From the NCBI GenBank assembly GCA_963677495.2, contig CAXXOU010000001.1, positions 864,001 to 928,000 of the forward strand: DNA of 64,000 nt, given 5' to 3'. This DNA is from Candidatus Cloacimonadales bacterium. GTDB taxonomy: Bacteria > Cloacimonadota > Cloacimonadia > Cloacimonadales > JAFGVF01. The notes below the pieces were generated by a model. It had not been told where the DNA came from, did no database searches, and was given only the letters and a program-made list of their open reading frames with translations. Of the stretch, positions 31,676 to 41,628 are shown piece by piece (the first letter of the stretch is position 1; each line of letters begins with the position of its first letter). Both the position numbers and the translations under genes were made by a program.

Positions 31676-31990
31676 TACCTTTCGAATGGTCGCAGACCTT
31701 CGAAATGGTGCTCTTGTAATCTTAAGTCAACTGCCTCGAAGTGCACCATTTGCAAGGTCTGCGACCATTCCAAAGGTACAGTTGTTGAAACAAGACATCG
31801 CTTTGAGTCGAAGTACGCATTTCTTCAAACTCCTTATCAGTCGTACTGGTGACAGCTACAAAAGCACTGTTGCTGCATTTTAGAAAGTCCGTTTCCACTA
31901 CACATGCTACACATCAGACAAATTCCCTGAAATGCGATAATTTACTCCGAAGTGTACTATTCGCAAGGTCTGCTACCATTCCGTAGGTAC
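31676..31990. repeat. Cluster of REP-like palindromes (inverted pair plus extra copies)
   Basis: Inverted repeats 31676-31711 / 31743-31778, third copy 31948-31990. The aaactcc...cagtcgtactggtgac segment is shared with 39067-39092. Confidence 0.8.
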
Positions 31991-32113
31991 AGGTTATTTT
32001 GACTAGATACATGGAGGTGGTGGAAAAATCCATATACAACAATCTAATTGACATAATGGAAGTGAAAATAATAGTTATAATTACTTAACTAAACTAATTA
32101 TACTGGAACAAGA

Positions 32114-34564
32114 ATGAAATACACAAAAGTAAATTATGAATACCTATTGCCGAAAGTAGATAAGCCTTCCCGATATATCGGATATGAACTCAATGCTATA
32201 AATAAACCTGTAACTGATAATACGATAAACTTCTGTTTAGCTTTCCCGGATGTTTATGAAGTAGGTCTTTCACATCTTGGATTAAAGATATTATACACCA
32301 TATTGAATGGGGAAGAGGATGCTGTTTGTGATAGAACATATGCGCCTTGGCCTGACTTCATGGAGCTGATGCAGGAAAAAGAGATACCATTATTTAGTAT
32401 TGAGAATAAGATTCCAGTGAAGGACTTTGATGTTATTGGCTTTACTGTTCAATCAGAGCTAAACTTCTCAAATATTCCTTACATGATTGACCTGGCAGGA
32501 ATCGAGCTTGAAGCGAAAGATAGAAGTGAAGATGACCCAATTATCTTAGCAGGTGGACCGGCAATATCAAACCCCGAGCCATTAGCATTGTTTTTTGATG
32601 CTATATTTATTGGTGAAGCGGAAGAGGGGATACTTGATATTAAGAACTGCCTGGTTGAGCATAAGAACTCAACAAGACAGGAAAAGCTTGAAGCTTTAAG
32701 CAAAATCGAAGGTGTTTACGTTCCATTAGTACACACTGAAAATGATAAAATCAATATCCGTAAATATGCCGGTTTTGCCGGTTATGAGAAGAGTCATGAG
32801 AATCAACTTATACCTTGGCAACAAACAACTCATGACCGTTATATTGCTGAGATTATGCGAGGATGTTCCAGAGGTTGCAGGTTCTGTCATGCGGGTTTCT
32901 TCTATAGACCTGTTAGAGAGAGAAATCCTGATGAAGTAATTGAACGTATTATTGATGAAATCGAGAAATATGGTTGGGAAGATGCAGCTTTGACATCACT
33001 ATCTTCTAGTGATTATTCACAGATAAGAGGTTTGCTGTTTAGTATATTTAAACGTTTGAATGAGCATAGAGCTGATATATCCCTGCCTTCTTTACGGGTA
33101 GATACACTAGATGATAATCTTACTGCTCTGCTTAATGTTCTGGGTCAGAAAGGACTGACAATTGCCCCTGAAGCCGGATCTCAAAGACTGAGGGATGTAA
33201 TAAATAAGAACATCTCTGAAGAGGAGATTCTTGAAGGTGTTAGAGTAGCTTTAGCAAATGGATGGCGTTCGATAAAGCTTTACTTTATGGTTGGACTTCC
33301 ATTCGAAGAAAGAGAGGATATTGAAGCTATCGTAGAGCTTGTTCACAAAATGATAGCTCTTTCGGGTAAGAAGATACAGATTAATATTACATTATCTCCG
33401 TTTGTACCTAAACCGTTTACTCCGTTCCAGTGGGCAGGAATGGTTGAGAAAGAGGAACTCTTCCAACGTGTCTCAATTGTAAAACATGCTCTTTATAAGT
33501 ACAAGTTTATCAAAGTTCGCTATCATGAACTACAAAGCTCTATGCTTGAGACAATTCTTGCTAAAGGTGATAAGCGAGTTGGTTATGTCATGAAAGAAGC
33601 ATTTAAACTCGGAGTTAAGTTTGATGGCTGGAGAGAACATTTTAACTTTGAGCTTTGGGAACAGGCTTTACAGAACGTTGGATTAGAGCTTGAAGACTGT
33701 TTAAGAGGATTTGAGCTTGAAGAACGCTTACCATGGGATAATATATCTATTAAAGTATCAAAAGATTTCCTAAAGTCTGAATGGTTAAAAGCCCAAGCTG
33801 AGCAAACTACACCATCCTGTATTGATAGATGTACTAACTGCGGTATTTGTGACCAGGAAGTAACGATGGACTTTGCAACAACAGAGATGGATGAAGTGAT
33901 TGAGAACCTTGAAAGAAAGGAACCTGATAGTAATATTGAGCTCTTCTGGTACAGAATATTCTTTAAGAAACAGGGTGGTTTGCAGTATGTTGCCCATCTT
34001 GATTTTCTGAGAATGATGCATAGGGTTCTACGTGGAACAGGACTAGATCTTGCTTATTCGCAAGGATATAGTCCACATCCTAAGGTAAGATTCGGTCCAC
34101 CATTATCAGTTGGAGTACAGGGAATCAATGAGTTTATGGAAGTTGCATTCTATAAGAAATACAGCTCTGATGTTGTTTATGAAGCATTGATTCGACTTAT
34201 GACTGGTGATCTAGCTGTGAATAGAGTTATTACTCTTGAGAAAAAGACAAAGAGTACGATTGAAGAAACCGGACTGGAATTGCTTCAAATCACGCCGAAC
34301 GAGAATTGTACTGTAGATTTTGCTAAGATTATTGATGAATATAATAAGGTTGAAAGCTTTACTTTTGAAAGAATGAGAAAGAAGAAACTAAGGGAAGTAG
34401 AACTCAAAAATATTATCTCTAAGATAGATTGGAATGGTAGAAGCTTATTGATTCAAAAGAAGTTACAAGGTGCTAGTTTATTTGATATACTAGAACATCT
34501 CTTTAAGATAGCTAGGGATGAAACAAGTAGTTTTGAGATAATCAGATTAGACTTTATTTTCTAG
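32114..34564 (+). CDS. B12-binding-type radical SAM protein fused to a radical SAM-associated C-terminal domain (TIGR03960/TIGR03936-like)
   Basis: KPSRY, AFPDVYEVGLSHLG, RGCSRGCRFC, APEAGSQRLR, C..C..CG.C, C-terminal YVAHLD...YSQGYSPHPK...PPLSVG. Confidence 0.9.
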   Translation: MKYTKVNYEYLLPKVDKPSRYIGYELNAINKPVTDNTINFCLAFPDVYEVGLSHLGLKILYTILNGEEDAVCDRTYAPWPDFMELMQEKEIPLFSIENKIPVKDFDVIGFTVQSELNFSNIPYMIDLAGIELEAKDRSEDDPIILAGGPAISNPEPLALFFDAIFIGEAEEGILDIKNCLVEHKNSTRQEKLEALSKIEGVYVPLVHTENDKINIRKYAGFAGYEKSHENQLIPWQQTTHDRYIAEIMRGCSRGCRFCHAGFFYRPVRERNPDEVIERIIDEIEKYGWEDAALTSLSSSDYSQIRGLLFSIFKRLNEHRADISLPSLRVDTLDDNLTALLNVLGQKGLTIAPEAGSQRLRDVINKNISEEEILEGVRVALANGWRSIKLYFMVGLPFEEREDIEAIVELVHKMIALSGKKIQINITLSPFVPKPFTPFQWAGMVEKEELFQRVSIVKHALYKYKFIKVRYHELQSSMLETILAKGDKRVGYVMKEAFKLGVKFDGWREHFNFELWEQALQNVGLELEDCLRGFELEERLPWDNISIKVSKDFLKSEWLKAQAEQTTPSCIDRCTNCGICDQEVTMDFATTEMDEVIENLERKEPDSNIELFWYRIFFKKQGGLQYVAHLDFLRMMHRVLRGTGLDLAYSQGYSPHPKVRFGPPLSVGVQGINEFMEVAFYKKYSSDVVYEALIRLMTGDLAVNRVITLEKKTKSTIEETGLELLQITPNENCTVDFAKIIDEYNKVESFTFERMRKKKLREVELKNIISKIDWNGRSLLIQKKLQGASLFDILEHLFKIARDETSSFEIIRLDFIF
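34024..34039. promoter_or_regulatory. Degenerate parS-like site
   Basis: GGTTCTACGTGGAACA, 2 mismatches to the 14726 site. Confidence 0.4.
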
Positions 34565-34568
34565 GATT

Positions 34569-34751
34569 ATGGCACTATACATTATTTCTGAAATTGTTAT
34601 TCTGGCGTTGATATTCTTTGGCGTAATTTTCTTTCTTAGAAAGAGTAGAAAAGCCAGAAAAAAGATTAAAGATAGTAGGAAGGAGTTGTTTGAGATGCAG
34701 ATCAAACTGCAAAGCAAACTACTCAACAAAGATACGTTAGAGGAGGAATGA
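34569..34751 (+). CDS. Small single-pass membrane protein
   Basis: Hydrophobic N-terminus and basic tail; fills the gap between neighbouring genes and overlaps the rmuC start (ATGA). Confidence 0.6.
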   Translation: MALYIISEIVILALIFFGVIFFLRKSRKARKKIKDSRKELFEMQIKLQSKLLNKDTLEEE

Positions 34752-36487
34752 GTAGCATGGTAGGATATTTCATTCTTGGAGCATTGTTGGGTTTACTTGT
34801 AGTTATTAGTTTTGTTAGAGAAAAAAACTCAAAAGAGGAACTTAAACAGCTTAGAGAAAATAGCAGAGATAACGAAATTAAAGCTGCGAAGATGGAAACA
34901 GAGTTTAATGATTTGAAAGCTAAAGCAGAGCTTGTAGAGACACTTCGTAAAGAGAAAACTGAGAAGAGCGAAGAGCTTGAGGTGTCCAAAGCTAAGCTCA
35001 TTTCTGCTAATGATGAAATAAGTAGAATTAATGGAGATGTTCACTCTTTGCGAGAGGAAAATCTTAAGCAAAACAAGCAAATTAACGATAATAAAGAGCA
35101 AATATCACAGTTAGAGATAGAAAAAGCTACTCTAGTTACTGCAAAAAAAGAGCTTCAGGAAAAAGCTGACAAGCTACCACTATTAGAAAAATCGGATAAA
35201 GATAAATCTGTAGTTATTAAAGAGATCTCAACTCAGTTAGATAATAGTGTAGAACAACTAAAACAAGTTAGGGATGATCTGGAGAAAAGAAAGCTTGAAA
35301 TTAAGGATTTAAACAACAAACTAACTAAAAAGCTGGAAGAGTTTGCAATACTTGAAACGACTCTCGAAGAGGAGCGAAAGCAGACTGAAGAGAAGCTTCA
35401 ACTCTTGGATGAATCAAAAGAGAATATGAAGCATGAATTCCAGGTTCTTGCTAACAAGATTTTCGAAGAGAAGAGTGAAAAGCTCTCATCAACCAGTAAA
35501 GAAAGCCTTGATTCTGTGCTTAAACCTTTAAAAGAGCAGCTGACTCAATTTAAAACAAGAGTGAATGACATCTATGATAAAGAATCAGAGGAACGGGGTT
35601 TCCTTAAGAAAGAGATTTCTGATTTAAAGAAATTAAATGAACGTATCAGTGAAGATGCAATAAACCTTACTTCAGCTCTAAAAGGTGATAAAAAATCACA
35701 AGGTACATGGGGTGAGATTCAGTTACAGAACCTGCTCGAGCATTCCGGTCTTATTGAAGGAAGTGAGTATGAATTGCAAGTTTCACAGAGGGATGAGATG
35801 AACTCGTTATTCTTCCTTGATGCTGTTATTCATTTACCTCAAAATAGAGACATAATTATAGATTCAAAAGTGTCACTTGTGGATTATACTGATTATTACA
35901 GAGCTGAAAACCAGGAAGAGAAGGATTTGGCTTTAAAGAGACATATTAATGCATTACGGACTCATATAAAGCAACTTAGCGATAAGAACTATCAGAAATT
36001 GCCGGGTATTAATACTTTAGAATATGTCATTATGTTCCTTCCAATTGAAGCTGCCTATATTACAGCAATCAAAGAGGATCCAAATCTTCTTGAATATGCT
36101 TTGGGTAAAAACATAACATTGATTTGTCCTTCCACCTTATTAATAACACTTAAAACTGTTCATAATATCTGGAAGTATGAAAAGCAGAATAAGAATGCTA
36201 AAGATATTGCGATTCAGGGACAAAAAGTCTATGACAAACTAGTAGTTTTTCTTGAATCCTTTAAGAAGATTGGTAACAGTTTAAAATCGGCTAGTGATAA
36301 CTATGAGAATGGAATGAAACAATTAGTACACGGCAGAGGAAACTTAATCTCCGGTTTCGAAAAAATGAAAGAGTTGGGGGTACAACCTAAAAAGAGCATA
36401 GATTCGAAACTTATTGATGAAGCCAAGGCGGAAGCTGAGGTTTCTGCACTGATAGGAACAACAGAGGAGAAACAGGCAGATGAGTAA
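34748..36487 (+). CDS. rmuC: DNA recombination protein RmuC with extended coiled coil
   Basis: LKPLKEQL, QGTWGEIQL, IIDSKVSL, MFLPIE, CPSTLL, GRGNLI. Confidence 0.95.
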   Translation: MSSMVGYFILGALLGLLVVISFVREKNSKEELKQLRENSRDNEIKAAKMETEFNDLKAKAELVETLRKEKTEKSEELEVSKAKLISANDEISRINGDVHSLREENLKQNKQINDNKEQISQLEIEKATLVTAKKELQEKADKLPLLEKSDKDKSVVIKEISTQLDNSVEQLKQVRDDLEKRKLEIKDLNNKLTKKLEEFAILETTLEEERKQTEEKLQLLDESKENMKHEFQVLANKIFEEKSEKLSSTSKESLDSVLKPLKEQLTQFKTRVNDIYDKESEERGFLKKEISDLKKLNERISEDAINLTSALKGDKKSQGTWGEIQLQNLLEHSGLIEGSEYELQVSQRDEMNSLFFLDAVIHLPQNRDIIIDSKVSLVDYTDYYRAENQEEKDLALKRHINALRTHIKQLSDKNYQKLPGINTLEYVIMFLPIEAAYITAIKEDPNLLEYALGKNITLICPSTLLITLKTVHNIWKYEKQNKNAKDIAIQGQKVYDKLVVFLESFKKIGNSLKSASDNYENGMKQLVHGRGNLISGFEKMKELGVQPKKSIDSKLIDEAKAEAEVSALIGTTEEKQADE

Positions 36488-37772
36488 GATAAAGAAATTG
36501 TATGTTTTACACCATAGTCATACAGATATTGGGTATACAGAGCAGCAGCAACAGATACGGACTTGGCATATTGACTTTATAAAACAAGCATTAAAATATA
36601 CGAAGCAGGATTCTAAGTTTAAATGGAATTGTGAGTGTTTCTGGGCTGTAGAAAGGTATTTGCAGACTTGTAATAAAGAGGATCGTGATGATTTCTTTAA
36701 GGCTGTATTGAAGCATCAGATTGATGTCTCTGCAAGCTATCTTAACTTTAATGAGTTGATTGATGAATATACACTAAATTCGCTTGTTGAAAGGGCTGTA
36801 TCCACTTCTAAGAAATATGGTTTTGAGCTTGATAGTGCAATGACAGCAGATATAAATGGAGTTGGTTGGGGCTTTGCGAAAATCCTTACAGATAACAATG
36901 TAAGAAACTATTTTTCATGTGTTCATACCCACCATGGTATGTGGCCGGCTAATAGAAAGCAATATCCTTTTAAATGGATTGCACCAAACGGTAAAGAACT
37001 GTTAGTCTGGAATGGAGAGCATTATCATTTTGGTAATGAACTCGGATTAGCCCCAAAAGCCGGATCAAGCTATACAATTAAAGATGACTGTGATGCTCAT
37101 ACAATTTACTATGACTATTGGAAAATGGCTGAAGTACGTATTCCCAGATATCTTGAACTGCTAGAACAAGAGGGTTATGACTTTGATTTTGTACCAGTTA
37201 TGGTTTCCGGTCTTAGAACCGATAATTCTCCCCCATCTTTAGAGATTTCGAAGATGATTAAAAGATGGAATGCAGAGCATAGCGATATATGTGAAATTGA
37301 GATGACTACTTTAAGTGAATTCTTTAACAGAGTCAGAGTTTCTGATGTAGATATTCCGGTATATAAAGGAGATTGGCCTGACTGGTGGTCAGATGGATTT
37401 AATTCAGACCCTGATGGTGTTAAGATGTACCGTGAAGCTCAAAGGACATTTGAACTGGCACGGGCCATGGGCAATGGTTCTAGTACTATTACTGAAGCTG
37501 TAATTAATAATCTTGCTCTGTATAGTGAACATACATTCAGTCATTGTGATTCTATGGGCAGACCTTGGTGCAAACAAGTTAAGAATATTTCTTCCAGGAA
37601 GCGTAGTTTTGCTGTGGATGCATTAGAGAATGCCAGCATTCTACTTAGACATAAAATGGAAGAAGCCGGTCACACACATCTTTCTTACAATAGGTCTGCT
37701 AAGTTTAAGTTATTGAACCCATTTGAAGTAGCTATAGAAAAGCAGTCATCGAATGTTTATTGGATGGTATGA
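36480..37772 (+). CDS. GH38-like glycoside hydrolase, N-terminal part (gene probably frame-split)
   Basis: HHSHTDIGY, SAMTADING..W, GDWPDWW.DG, LYSEHT. Confidence 0.7.
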   Translation: MSKIKKLYVLHHSHTDIGYTEQQQQIRTWHIDFIKQALKYTKQDSKFKWNCECFWAVERYLQTCNKEDRDDFFKAVLKHQIDVSASYLNFNELIDEYTLNSLVERAVSTSKKYGFELDSAMTADINGVGWGFAKILTDNNVRNYFSCVHTHHGMWPANRKQYPFKWIAPNGKELLVWNGEHYHFGNELGLAPKAGSSYTIKDDCDAHTIYYDYWKMAEVRIPRYLELLEQEGYDFDFVPVMVSGLRTDNSPPSLEISKMIKRWNAEHSDICEIEMTTLSEFFNRVRVSDVDIPVYKGDWPDWWSDGFNSDPDGVKMYREAQRTFELARAMGNGSSTITEAVINNLALYSEHTFSHCDSMGRPWCKQVKNISSRKRSFAVDALENASILLRHKMEEAGHTHLSYNRSAKFKLLNPFEVAIEKQSSNVYWMV

Positions 37773-38841
37773 ATGGAATGAGTTACACCTGAATGATGGT
37801 GCTAGAGTTATTGATAAAACATCAGGAAAGGTAATTCCTTCTCAAAAGCAATTTGTTCCATCCGGAGTAGAATATGTTATAAACCTTAAGTTAGATCCCA
37901 AAGAGGAAAAAGAGATATATCTTGAAAAGCATATTGAACAACCTATTGAGTTTGTTAACAGTTTTGAGCAGCGTGGTACTGATCGAGCCAGAATTGATAT
38001 TGGACCGAAGGATATAAACAGCATAGAAACAGATGCCTTTAAAATAACATATAAAGCTGGTATAGGTATAGATTCAATCTATAGTAAACAATACAAGAAA
38101 GAGCTTCTTCATGGTGACTTTAGTGCTTTTGCTCCTGTTTATGAGCTAACTCCTGTTAAGGATGCTCAAGATATTGGTTCGGTTAGAGGAGCAATGGGTC
38201 GTAATAGAAAGGGATTTAATGTACAAAGAACAGTTGGAAAGCTCCAATCCGTACAACAACTTAGCAGTGGTAAGCTATGGAAGGACATTGAGTTAAATTA
38301 TACATGTGATGGCATGGAATTTTATAAAGTAATACTGCGAGTTTGGAAAGAGCTTTCAAAAATCGATATTCAGGTTATTCTACATAAGCAAAGTGTTTGG
38401 GCACCTGAGAACCTTTATATTGCTCTGCCATTCACTACCAATCTAAAGGAGAGTCTTTGGATAGATAAACCAGATTGTATCTTTAGACCAATGCATGATC
38501 AAATACCCGGTACACTTACTGATTTCTATACTGTTCAAACAGGTTTTATAGTTCAATCTAAAAACTATGGAATATCACTGTCTATGCCTGATACTCCGAT
38601 ATTACAATTAGGTCCATTGCAGTATGGTAACCGCAAGCTAGCTGGAAATGATACAAAACCTGAGAAAGGATATCAATTTGCCTGGGTTATGAGTAACTAC
38701 TGGGAAACAAACTTCAATGCATCACTAGGTGGTTTCTATGAATTCAGTTATACTCTGGAAGTTAACGATTTAGGAAAACAGGAAGCTTTTGCGAAGATGA
38801 AGAATGATTCTTTGGAATCTGTTACTCTCAGGCTTAAGTAG
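37753..38841 (+). CDS. GH38-like glycoside hydrolase, C-terminal part
   Basis: Overlaps the previous ORF by 20 nt in the +1 frame; ENLYIALPF, DQIPG, WVMSNYWETNF. Confidence 0.65.
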   Translation: MFIGWYEWNELHLNDGARVIDKTSGKVIPSQKQFVPSGVEYVINLKLDPKEEKEIYLEKHIEQPIEFVNSFEQRGTDRARIDIGPKDINSIETDAFKITYKAGIGIDSIYSKQYKKELLHGDFSAFAPVYELTPVKDAQDIGSVRGAMGRNRKGFNVQRTVGKLQSVQQLSSGKLWKDIELNYTCDGMEFYKVILRVWKELSKIDIQVILHKQSVWAPENLYIALPFTTNLKESLWIDKPDCIFRPMHDQIPGTLTDFYTVQTGFIVQSKNYGISLSMPDTPILQLGPLQYGNRKLAGNDTKPEKGYQFAWVMSNYWETNFNASLGGFYEFSYTLEVNDLGKQEAFAKMKNDSLESVTLRLK

Positions 38842-38860
38842 TACAAAACTACTATACCAA

Positions 38861-39690
38861 TTGTCATACCGATCGAGTGAAGTATGAACGAGTAGAGGGA
38901 ACTCTCCCATAACTTTAGCCTTTCAACTAAAAAAGAGTTTATTTCGCTAGAGAAGCAAAGAAAAAGTAAGGTATTCTTAGTTAGAGTAGCAGTCACCTGT
39001 GCGAGTCTGCGAGCTTGGGGAAATGCGGTCTTTTCACTTGATTATACTTCGATGTCGCATTTCCCCAAACTCCTTTCAGTCGTACTGGTGACTGCTTTAG
39101 ACAGACTTTCACCGTAACGAAGTGTGGGGCGAGGATGAAAACTAGGGCTTACTACTCCGATGTGCATTATTTAGCCCATAAAGGGCTGGGAGTATTATGT
39201 TTTACTTTTCTATGGGCTCGCGCCCATAGCTATTCAGCTTCAGCCCCGAGGGCTGGTATCAGAAACACAGATTTCCACTAAAGCGACCAGTTATTCTTAG
39301 CTAGAGTAGTAGTCACCTGTGCGAGTTTACGAGCTTGGGGAAATACGGTCTTTACACTTGTTTTTTCTTCGTTGTCGCAAGAAATTGTTCGACTTCGTTC
39401 ATTTCGTTTTACTTCATTCAGCTTCGCTCAGGGTGACAATATTCAGGGAATTGCGTATGTAAATCTGGTGTCATCCTGTTGATTTGAGTGATTTGTCTCA
39501 TTTCCACCCACCTTTGGAATGGTCTTTAGACCTTGCAAATGGTGACCTCGTAGGACATGTTGCGACTCTCTCCTCACCAGACCTGCACCGTGGCGATAGC
39601 ATGGGGCGGGAATGTTGAATGGTGAAACCGAAGCCAGGTATCCTAGTGTCAATTCTTCCTCGCCCCACACTATCGTTGCGGTGCAAGTCC
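38861..39690. repeat. Mosaic island of REP/REPIN-like palindromes
   Basis: Duplicated tattcttag..gtag(c/t)agtcacctgtgcgag..cttggggaaat at 38972 and 39292; ~33-bp inverted pair 39580-39612 / 39657-39689 with a third copy at 39104-39135; tgtcat.../...tgaca ends; GTAC-family copy at ~39510. Confidence 0.8.
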
Positions 39691-39872
39691 GAAGGCTATC
39701 GTGTCCTCAGTTTGAGCTTGGTTTATCCGTGGTTCATGCGTGGAAAAGTAGTAAACAATTGCCATAGATCTTTATGGTTAAGGTATAGGTATTCCTTGTA
39801 TATAGAATAATATCTTTTTAATTAAACTTGACAACTAAATAGTGTCAGATTTGCTTATTTAGTGAGGTTCCA

Positions 39873-40544
39873 ATGAAATCAAAGAATAATGAATACTTCG
39901 ATCGAGTCCTGTTGATAACAAACCAGAAGCTATCTGAAGAGATTTTCAGTAGTATTATTAGTGGTGCAGGTGCAGTATTAACTGTCACTGCAATGGTTTT
40001 GTTGATAGTCTATTCTGCCCTAAAAGGAGATGTAAACAAGGTTGTTTCCTTCTCTTTATGGGGGTCGTTTATCTTTATGGCCTATATATTCAGTGTATTG
40101 AATCATGCTTTAACTAACAGAAAAGCCAAAAAAGTATTTAGAGTGTTCGACAGCTTTTCAGGATATCTAGCCCTAATAGGTACAATTATTCCCATTGCAC
40201 TTATTGGATTGCCGTCACCATACAACTGGATAATCTTTAGTGTTTTTGTATTTTACGGTACTATAGGTATTGTCTTTAAAACGGCTCTTCCAAAGAATGT
40301 CCAGCTTTATTCATTGATTTTGAATGCCTTAATAATCATTACTTTTGGTATATTTGCGAAACTGTTCTATCAGGAATTACCGGTACAACTCATCCACTAT
40401 TTTATTTTGAGTTTTGCTTTCTGCCTAGTTGGTTTGGTATATAGAATAATGGCAGGAATCAGATTTAATCATAGTATTTTCCATTTAATGATATTGTTAG
40501 CAAATCTATTTCATTACTTTGCTTTCATGAGATACCTTCTATAG
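39873..40544 (+). CDS. Hemolysin III/PAQR-family membrane protein
   Basis: EEIFSSI, about 7 TM segments, SVLNHA, FNHSIFHL..L..LFH. Confidence 0.85.
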   Translation: MKSKNNEYFDRVLLITNQKLSEEIFSSIISGAGAVLTVTAMVLLIVYSALKGDVNKVVSFSLWGSFIFMAYIFSVLNHALTNRKAKKVFRVFDSFSGYLALIGTIIPIALIGLPSPYNWIIFSVFVFYGTIGIVFKTALPKNVQLYSLILNALIIITFGIFAKLFYQELPVQLIHYFILSFAFCLVGLVYRIMAGIRFNHSIFHLMILLANLFHYFAFMRYLL

Positions 40545-40551
40545 GATGTAA

Positions 40552-41628
40552 ATGAACAAAAAGAAGAAAGATAAGAAACTAATCTCCCATAAAAAAGTAA
40601 GAATCAGGAATGTTGATGTTGGTAATCTGGATGATTACGATAATCTTACTCATGTTAAGCAAGTTAAAGGCATCAAACGTCATTCCGATAAGAATGTATC
40701 TTACAAATCATCACTGAACCTTAGAACCGGACGCGTTGTTGAAATTCAAACAAACCATAGATGTCTGGTAGAGTTCGAAGATGGTAAAGTTGAAACATGT
40801 GTACTCGGGGGCAGACTTAAGCAGTATAACTTCAAAACTCACGCTCTTGCTGTAGTTGGTGATATTGTTAAAGTAGATATGCTGAATAATGGCAGCTTAC
40901 GGGTTGAGGAGATAACTCCTCGTGCTAACTGTTTCTCTCGTTTCTCGGAGGGTGGTTTCCAGAAAGAGATTCCGATTGCCAGTAATCTAGATTTGATTGT
41001 AATTACAGTCTCATGGGCTTATCCAATGATTAAATACGGTTTAATTGACCGTTATCTATGTTTAGCTGCTAAGTATGATATAACCCCTCTAATCTGCTTG
41101 AATAAAATGGATTTAGCTACAGATATTGAGTTTGTAAAAGAGGATGTGGCTTACTACGAAGAGAGTGGAATCAAAGTTGTGTTAACATCATGTGAAACAG
41201 GTATGGGGATTGAAGAGCTTAAAGATGAATTAGCAGGTAAAGTTTCACTGTTCAGTGGTCAATCCGGTGTAGGTAAAAGTACATTAATCAATAATCTACA
41301 TCCCGGAATTGAACTCAAAACTGCTGAGATTAGTGATTTCAATGAAAAAGGAAGACATACAACAACCAGTTCACGTTTGATAAAGTGGAATTTTGGAGGT
41401 TATTTAGTAGATACTCCCGGTATAAAAACAGTTACACTGCACAGTAGTGATCATGATAGCATTCCAAACTTGTTTCCCGGATTTGATAGATTTATTGATG
41501 GTTGTAAGTTCAGAAATTGTACTCATACCCATGAAAAGCAATGTGGCGTAAAAGACGCTGTTGAAACTTTAGAAATACCATTAGAGAGATATGAATCATA
41601 TCTACGTCTTTTAGAATCACTTAAATGA
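40552..41628 (+). CDS. rsgA: Ribosome small subunit-dependent GTPase
   Basis: NKMD, GQSGVGKS, GRHTT, DTPG, CKFRNCTHTHEKQC. Confidence 0.97.
   Translation: MNKKKKDKKLISHKKVRIRNVDVGNLDDYDNLTHVKQVKGIKRHSDKNVSYKSSLNLRTGRVVEIQTNHRCLVEFEDGKVETCVLGGRLKQYNFKTHALAVVGDIVKVDMLNNGSLRVEEITPRANCFSRFSEGGFQKEIPIASNLDLIVITVSWAYPMIKYGLIDRYLCLAAKYDITPLICLNKMDLATDIEFVKEDVAYYEESGIKVVLTSCETGMGIEELKDELAGKVSLFSGQSGVGKSTLINNLHPGIELKTAEISDFNEKGRHTTTSSRLIKWNFGGYLVDTPGIKTVTLHSSDHDSIPNLFPGFDRFIDGCKFRNCTHTHEKQCGVKDAVETLEIPLERYESYLRLLESLK

Noticed and set aside
31686..39810. Short ORFs 31686-31883, 38748-38996, 39443-39670, 39498-39686 and 39619-39810
   Set aside because: They lie over palindromic repeats and show no RBS or protein motif.
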